Shown here: piece by piece, positions 55,745 to 64,000 of the stretch
Layout: each line of letters opens with the position of its first letter
How positions within the stretch are numbered: position 1 is the stretch's first letter
Source: the human T2T-CHM13v2.0 reference genome, Homo sapiens
Direction: 5' to 3' (one strand)
Length of the DNA: 64,000 nt
Assembly: GCF_009914755.1 (NCBI RefSeq)
Contig: NC_060930.1
Made by a program: the position numbers and the translations under genes
Notes under the pieces: model-generated
Told to the model about the DNA's origin: nothing
The model's database searches: none
The model's input: the letters and a program-made list of their open reading frames with translations, nothing else

Positions 55745-58009
55745 CACACACACAGATACATATGCACACATATGACATAGCACATTTTATGCTGCTGAGA
55801 ATGACCTTAGAAATCAAAATGAATTTGCAGAGGAGAGAATTGCAGGAGTGATGCTCCTTAGTTAGCAGGTGGGGAAGGCATACTGTGCACCAGTGGAAGG
55901 ATTTTTCATAGAAGTATGAACATTGAAACCACTGTATTGCATTGTCTTCTGCCAAGAAGGCAGAGAATGTAAGGAGACAGATGAGACAGATGAAGTACAT
56001 GGTTGGATTTGATGGTCAGAGCTTGTGAGAGATCTCTTCTAATTTTTATTTTCTGAGAAAAAAAGGAAGCAAATAATTTGGCTGATAGAGAAGAAGGGTA
56101 AAAAGGTAAAGGAGTTTTAAAAAAGGAACAGTTTGGAGAGAGTAGTCTCAGAAAAGAGAGAGTGAACTATTAGGATTCTATTTCTAAAACATAATGGAAT
56201 CACCAGGCATTCTTTCAAAAGCTAACTTAGGATTGATTTCACAAACGTCCACTGAGCCCCTGCTGCATGTGTGGAATAGTGGAGCAATAGTAAGTAGTAC
56301 AAATTCCTGGGAATGTTAGTGTCTATACATATTTTTAGAGGGAAGACAGCCCAAGTGGTTTACCACATTCCGCTGATAGGCTTATATCACATGTTCAAGC
56401 CATGGTGTATTTTCTTCTTTCTCCTCAGATTTGTATAACATATATTTTCACCTCTACATCAGCATGGTATCTTTCAAGGCAATTATTTTATATGCCTTTC
56501 CTTCTGGTGTATTTTAGCATTAACTACTTCATCTGTTAGCATTAGCTACTTCATCATTTTTGACCTTATATTCCAAAATTAATATAGCTAACCGGATATG
56601 TGCAAGTGACTAACAAAATTACTTAATTGTTTATACTGACATTAATTATTTTTTGAAAAATACTGTTCTTAATTGCAGAGGTAATTTATTACATGTGCTC
56701 CTCAAGGCTCCTTTAACTACTTACAACAAACAAACTTTCTAAAAAATAACCACAATTCTTATTTTATGGTCTAGAAACCATTTTTCCCTATTTTTTGCAT
56801 TATAAATAATTATTAAACTTTCTTTCCTACCTTAGGCTTATTGTCTTTGGGGTTTTTCTACTGAGATGTCTCAAGATATTTCTTTGCCCTGAGGACAATT
56901 AATCATTATTCCACATGTGTAATAAATTTTATTTTTTTAGTGCCCTTGGTTTATGCAGATATCAATAAAACATTCTATGATAAGATTCACAGTGATGTTT
57001 TTTGCTGGAATAGGCAGTCAGAAGAGATGGTGTCAGCTCAGGTTATATATAGTGAACATTTACTATGGCCTCACTTCCTGGAATAAACTCTTGACCACGC
57101 CTTTTGTTTTTTTTTTTTAATAACTAACCTTCTAGAAGAGTAAGACAAGTGGCTAAATTTAATACAATGATAACAATAATAATAATAACTTCACTTCAAA
57201 ATTTAAATAATCTAGACATTAGTTTCATTTAGCTAGATGTTTAATTTTGAAAAAATAGCATCTTGTAAGTCTTCTTAAATGTAATGTAATCCTTCTTCTT
57301 ACAGGATTACCTCCACAAATTCAAGAAAGATACCCACTCTTTCTCTGTTTGAAAACTTCAAATGGCAGTGTTCACTGACTTAAAAGATTCCCCATATAAT
57401 CTTAAACATCCCACATTGTCTACTTCTAACTTCCACCATGGAGTCCTCATTCTTAGGGATAATAAAAAGTAAGTCTACACCTAAATAGGAGAGTAGATCA
57501 AAGTTAGAAACATGGCTTTGATGTTCTCTGTTTCCTGATTTCCATATTACACATCCACATTTCTGAGCTACTCTCTCCTGAATATAATCTGGTTTATTTT
57601 AAAATATCTTTATTAAAATTAAAGACTATTATCCAAGTGTAATTCTAAAACTACAAAGTAGAGGGGAAGGATTTAATTCTTTACTACACATAATATTTTA
57701 GTGAATGAAACCTGCAATTTTGCTTGCTTTTGTTGATCACACTGCTTTATTCTATGTTGGGTTGGTTTTCTAAAATACTTAAGTATCCCCTCCATAGATG
57801 ACACTAAAATTTCTCCCTTGTGTTATTCTCTAAATAAAAATAAAGAAATCATATCACCTAGATTTTCACCATCTAGAAATGACTTCTTGAAGAGAGTACT
57901 TATATTTCTTTTTCAATGTTGTAGCTAGTCCATCTCATCATTTTTTAAACCTAATCTAGGGAATCATCACCCAATCCAATTTCAGCTCGAATGTTTTGGA
58001 CAAAGTTTA

Positions 58010-58425
58010 TGTAATTTCTCTGCTGGAAGGATAGGACCCGTGGCCTAAAATAAACCAATCAGATTATTCTTTCACCCACACCACAAAGGTTAGTTCAGGA
58101 ATGGGCCTATGAAGACTGATACTGCTCAAGTTTTTATTTGACCTTTCAGGACACTGATCTATTCCACCCCTACCCGCTTTCCCAAGTCCCTAGCAGGACA
58201 TGAACAAGAGAGGATATAGGGCAGCACCTATGGCCAATTTACAGCTACATAGGCCAATCCCAAGGGAGTAGAGTCCAAAAGCAGAGAGAGGTAAATCTCC
58301 TGATGATATTGTGTGACCTCTGCATCAAGCTAAACTCAAAGCCAGTTTACTCCAGAATAGTAGTTGGATAAACTAATAAATTCCTTCTTTGAGATCATCT
58401 GCCACTTGCAAGATCAAGTATCTTC
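58010..58425 (+). mobile_element. MLT1-type MaLR LTR remnant
   Basis: ccaatcagattattctt…ggttagttcaggaatgggc…ctgatgatattgtgtgacctctgcatcaagc…aataaattccttctt…ctgccacttgcaa. Confidence 0.65.
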
Positions 58426-59813
58426 AGTGATATACCACTGTTAAAAGTGTATGTGTTCCAGTCTCTATCCTGATTAAAAATAAATATTATATGTGTCTTG
58501 GTCAAATACCTAATTACATAGGTCGGTGGTGTCCCTGTTCTAGATCTCTAATAGTCACTCACCTACCACAAAAGAGAAGTAATTTCTATACTTCTGCCTT
58601 GATTTTTGCGTGAGGCCTTGTATTTACCCTATTATAGTGCTCATGGTATAATTTTTACTTATTTGTTTGCTGAAGTCCTTGGAGACAAGATCTATGTCTA
58701 TTACACTGATCTATGTCCAACATTAAGCAGATTTCCTTGCATGTATTATGGGATTATTAAATATTTTTTGAGTGAATGAATGAAGGAAAGCATAATTTCT
58801 ACAAGAAAAGTAAGAGTCAGACCTACAGGATCTCTTCTGCATTTTTTCCTACATGTTTACCACTGTCTGCAATATCATCTGAAGGAAATTAGCAAAAAAG
58901 AAAAAGAGGGAGGAAAAAAAAAGACACTAAAGCAGTCTACCACCATTGTTTCCTAGAATTAGAAGACAAAGTGCTTTTGGGTCCCAAAAGACAGTGAAGC
59001 TTTATTTGGTGACTTTCATACTGACTTCACTCTACTTACTGGTGATGATGGGCAAGTAATTTACCTATTCCAATGCTGGGTTTCTCTTTCTATAAAAAGT
59101 GGATTATAATGGTTACCTTACAGAGTTGTTATGATTAAATGAGAAAACAGATTTAATAACTGTTGTTATGATTACTTTAAAATGCTGCTGATAAAATGAA
59201 TCTATACTGGCAGAATTTGCTGTTGTTTCAAAAATACGCTTTTGGGATCCCTAGAGAGGCTGCAGTTGAGGGAGATATCACTTTGATGTTTTTAAAGCTT
59301 TACTTGCACTGAAAGGAAAATCTTATAGACTTTTAGGATATATAACGACAAAATTTGCCTGGATATTTCACATCTGCATTATTAAATATGTATCTCAAGT
59401 CACAAGGAAAACTCAGGCCACACTGTCACATTATTGTCTAACAAATTGATCAAAATCTCTCCATATTTTTAAATTGAGATTAACAGATTAAAAAATAACT
59501 GGTGTCTAACTGACATTCCATTTCTTATGCCACTCTGTGTCATTTTCCCAGGAAAATTTATGATATTTGCAAGAGACTACTGTATAATTACATTATTTTA
59601 TTTAACTTTTTTCAGAAAATAATTTATCCTATTAATAAATATGAACTGGAATTTAAAATAATTTATCTAACGTGTGCAAGACCTGCTAAAAATTCTTGAT
59701 ATATCAATGCGTACAGAGAAGAAATATGTGGTCTATTTACTGATATTTACTGATTCTTCTTTATATGCATTTCAATTCTCCCTGTTGAAAGAACTTAATA
59801 AAAGATAATACAA

Positions 59814-60120
59814 GGCTGGGTGCAGTGACTCATGCCTGTAATCCCAGCACTTTGGGAGATGCAGGCAGGAAGATCACTTTAGTCCAGCAGTTTGAGACTA
59901 GCCTGGGCATCACAGTGAGACCTCACCTCTACAAAAATAAACAAAATTAGCCAGGCATGGTGGCACGTGCCCATGGTCCCAGCTACACAGGAGGCTGAGG
60001 TGAGAGTATCTCTTGATCCCAGGAGGTTGAGGCAGCAGTGAGGCGAGATTACACTACTGCATTAAAGCCAGGTAGACAGAACAAGACCCTGTCTCAAAAT
60101 ATAATAATAATAATAACAAT
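59814..60120 (+). mobile_element. AluJ-like element
   Basis: ggctgggtgcagtgactc…gatcactttagtccagcagtttgagac…gaccctgtctc, with a (TAA)n tail. Confidence 0.92.
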
Positions 60121-60126
60121 AAAACA

Positions 60127-60448
<322 letters not shown>

Positions 60449-62489
60449 TCAAGTTCAGAGGTGATCTTGTTTTTGTCCTCAGAGAGGGTAGCCCCAAGTC
60501 CCCAAAATAAGCATTAAAAAGATTAAAAATAGTCGCATGTATACTAGTCCTCTTTTCAGGCCTAAATATTTTTAACATGAACCTTCGCTCCTTCTGAGTT
60601 TCTAATATTTATTTTAAAATGACCATGTCCTTACCTCATTTTTGCATTCAGCCCAAGCTCACTTTTGTATTGTTCAAACCAAAAGTGAATATGTGAAAAG
60701 TTATCTCAGATATTCCCACAATAAGTTATAGTGGTAACTCCATCTTACTTTCTCTAAAACAGATTAGCTTCCAGAGCTAATATCATAGTAAGTAACAAGA
60801 TATCATAGTAAGTAACAAGTCAGAAGACTTTCCACTGTTGGAAAATCTCTTATTCTCAAATGTTTAAACAACTATTGTCTTACCTAAGTTCCATGATTAT
60901 AAAACACTTGAAAATATACTCTCTTTCCTTCAAAGCCCTTCGAGCATAGCCAGTGTTTTTAACACAGTCAAGACGCTGTCATCTGAACGCAGATTTACAA
61001 CCTAATCTGTTGTGGAACAAAAGGCTAACTTGAAAGGAATCTACTATTGCCTTGTAATTGTGGAGCCTCACTAAGTCAAGGCTGGGAAATACTGATTAAA
61101 CCAGGTCTAATGTGTACTAGATTTTCCATTTTTTACTTATCTGAATGAATTTTAAAAAATTTTATCTGGAATATAAAATAATACAACTGCCCCAATATCA
61201 CTCAAAAGTGTATGAATTATCTACATTTATAACTTGATAGTAACTCCTGGATTACTATCAAATATCCTGAAAAAATTTATCTAGATTTCAATGTCTAACA
61301 ATACCAATTGGATGCATTTGTTAAATCTTGCCCAAATACATATTTGCAAAACTCCAGAAAAAAGATAACTTTCTAAAACCAAGTGCTTTTCAAATAAGGA
61401 GAAAGATGTGGGTGATCAGAAAAAAAGCTATAATCTTCTCAATATACAAGTCTAGAAAATGGAAGGATGTTCTTTTAAACTAAAACTTAACATGAATACA
61501 TATGAAAGATACTATATGTTATTTTGTCCAATTATAAATGTACACATAAATATTTAAAATAGGTTTCTTTTAGTTACATGTAAATGTAGAAATTTAAGTG
61601 ATCTGTAGTCTGCCATATATATTATTTTGAGCTAGAACAACTTGTTACAAAAGATTCAAAAGTAAAATACATAATATTCTAATGCCTGGTAGACAATAAT
61701 ATTTAATGGTATATTCAAAGCAATAAGCTTCTGTAAAGGACTCTTTGCAATTTCTCAATGAGAAAAGCAGATTTTGTAGAGAGAAAGCAAATAGCCAAAG
61801 GTTTTAGTTTGTGCAGAATATTATTTGCCACATACAGTAATTGAAAAAATTTGATGGAAATAGATACGAATGTATCCCTTAAACAGCACAAATTCTTTAT
61901 GAGTTCTATACTAGACAAATCTTACCTGACCAATTCACCACCACAAAGATGTTTCAGTGTAAAGCTCTAATGGGGTATTGTAAATGAATGATCCTTAAAG
62001 AGCTTTGTTAAAATACATTTCACAAACTTTCCTCAGTGAGCACAAAAGACATTTTGGATATATCTTTTTCTAAAATTGAGGCTTTTATCTCAGAATGTAT
62101 TTATTATTGGAGTTTTAGTTTTATCACCAGAGCCACCTAATCATATATTGTATATCTTACAAATGCATGCCTCTCTTTTAAGGCAATCTGCATAGAATCC
62201 TAGTCATAATTTGAAAACATCAACTTTTTAAATATCACAGCACCTGTGGTATTATCTCCAAAAAAAAAAAAAGAGTAGTTTTCACCACATACTCATCAAA
62301 GTATAATTTCTCAATTATCTTTTCGATTTCTGCTTATATATTCTGTCCCTCTGAGCATCAATCTCCTACATTCTGTTTATGTACATCGGGCACTAGATTG
62401 AACTATTAAAGCAAAACTAGACAAAACACAAAAGACTTTACTCCTCCTACAGCCATAATCCTTCCCCCTTCCCCGCAAAATCTACACTT

Positions 62490-63350
62490 TAGTCTCCATT
62501 TTTGCACCTCCCATTCCAACCTGTCTTTATCTTTCACTCCACTGACTGCCCTTGTGTCTTCTGCCCTCGTAAAACAAACTTGTAAGTGACATTCACAAAG
62601 TTGATAACTTTTGCTTCTTGAAACATCTATTTCTGAAACATCTATAATACCAAGCTCTTAACTTTTCCTTTAATATCTCTGGCAATTTCTTTCAGCCTCT
62701 CTTGCTTTATTTTCCACCATTGAATTTGTAGGTGTTGGACTTCCCCAGGTCTTGATCCTGGACTGTATTCCCTTTTTCTTTTGACACACTGTCTCTTTTT
62801 AGTCTCATCTATTCCAAGAGCATTAACTATAATCTATAAAGATTCCCATATTTAAAACTTCAGCTCAATCTCTTCCATTACACTTTTAATAAAGTCCAAA
62901 CACCTATACATGTTCCTGCATATTCTGACTCCTAGTACAAACCACACTCCCCTTCCCCCACACATCATAAATATATATATATACATCACACAATGATCCA
63001 GCAATCAATGGCTGAGTCCTTTCAATACATCAGATCTCAATTTAAATGCTGTCTCTCAGAGAGGCCTGCTCTAATAATCTTATCTATTTAAATAACTTCC
63101 CACCCCAACGCATTATATTCTATCATTGCCTTAAGTTTATTTTCTCCACTGCCCTTACTCAGAGTTGAACTTGTGGACATTTTGTCTTTATTCACTGTGT
63201 GCCTCCCTTGTCAAACTGTAAGCTCCATTAGGGCAGATCTTGTCTGTTTATCCACTTCTGTGTACTCAGCACCTAGTACAAAGCTTGGCATATAGTAGGC
63301 ATTTTTTAAATATTTCCTTCAAGATGCATGCATGCATGAATGAATGAACA
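62490..63350. mobile_element. L2 3' remnant
   Basis: cagatctcaatttaaatg…ctcagagaggcct…ctgtaagctccattagggcag…gcacctagtacaaagcttggcatatagtagg…tgaatgaatgaa. Confidence 0.75.
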
Positions 63351-64000
63351 CATTCATTTTTTTCTAGTAGCTTATTTCAGAAAAGCTATGTGGTTTTAAT
63401 ATCCTTCTTGTAATTTATAGTTCTATACAGATAATTCCTGAAAAAAAAATCCTATTGGAAAGTGTGATAATTAAATATGATTTTATACCATTATCAATAG
63501 TTATTTTGTCAAAATTATTTTCACAGTTAATAAGTTTATAAACATATAAGATGATGACAAATTTAACTCCTAAAAGTTTACAATTGTAACTATGAAAAGG
63601 CCAACCCAAGAGCAATGGGTCATCTTAGCTTTGGCCTGTTTCTCTTGTGTGTCTATATATTTTGCCCAGGTTATAATTGTTTTGTTATGAGACAAGTCAA
63701 CTTGTTAATTGTTCAAATATTATAATCTAATCAAGTAGGTGAAACGTTATTTCTTCAAAAATATCACCTTGTGGTGGAAGAGAGAAAGAATATCCATGCT
63801 TCTTTTATCTACAGTGAAGGTGAAGAGCAACATAAACTTCAGGTAAGTGTGCCTTGTGAACACTTGGAATTGCCAAATTTGATCATATTGCTTAGTTGTG
63901 TCATCCTTTTCATCTTTTGGGGGAACTCAAAGATAGGTTTCATCACTATAAAGTGTAGGTGTTCAAAAACCATCTCTTATTGTATGAATTTTATCATCTT

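Larger units (their letters stand above)
54610..56170. mobile_element. Long L2 remnant with an MLT1-like insertion (about 54660-54815) and microsatellites
   Basis: Purine-rich L2 motifs (gatttttattctgagtga, taggcaattggataga, ggagttcagtgagagg, tgagatcaccaagg, gaggagtttagctgtaaagggg). Confidence 0.7.

Noticed and set aside
60523-60532. Isolated MEF2 consensus TTAAAAATAG
   Set aside because: Expected by chance in AT-rich DNA, with no supporting motif cluster.

Overview
AT-rich human (or very closely related great-ape) genomic DNA lying wholly inside the triadin gene (TRDN, minus strand). None of the supplied ORFs is real. The coding content is seven GT-AG micro-exons of 54, 30, 30, 21, 33, 27 and 27 nt at 23491-5419, 222 nt in total. 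They splice to (E)PGKASETKQGTVKIAAQAAAKKDEKKEDSKKTKKPAEVEQPKGKKQEKKEKHVEPAKSPKKEHSVPSEKQVKA(K), which I recognise as the Lys/Glu-rich luminal region of long skeletal triadin (probably exons 13-19; numbering from memory). Positions 23492-64000 are one large intron. The rest is typical primate repeat content: 12 Alus, THE1 and other LTRs, MER DNA transposons, L1/L2/MIR fragments and microsatellites. Most notable observations: (i) the all-phase-1 micro-exon array can skip any exon combination without frameshift or junction stop, and carries tandem acceptors and RBFOX motifs; (ii) strong plus-strand splice signals and a candidate promoter are compatible with the cardiac antisense lncRNA described at this locus; (iii) a strong CTCF site lies next to an E-box/TEAD cluster; (iv) an antisense THE1 LTR carries a DUX4 motif; (v) the last exon has Glu where I recall Asp419 in the reference. 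I found no sign of a wholly new system. Repeat subfamily calls and boundaries are by eye.
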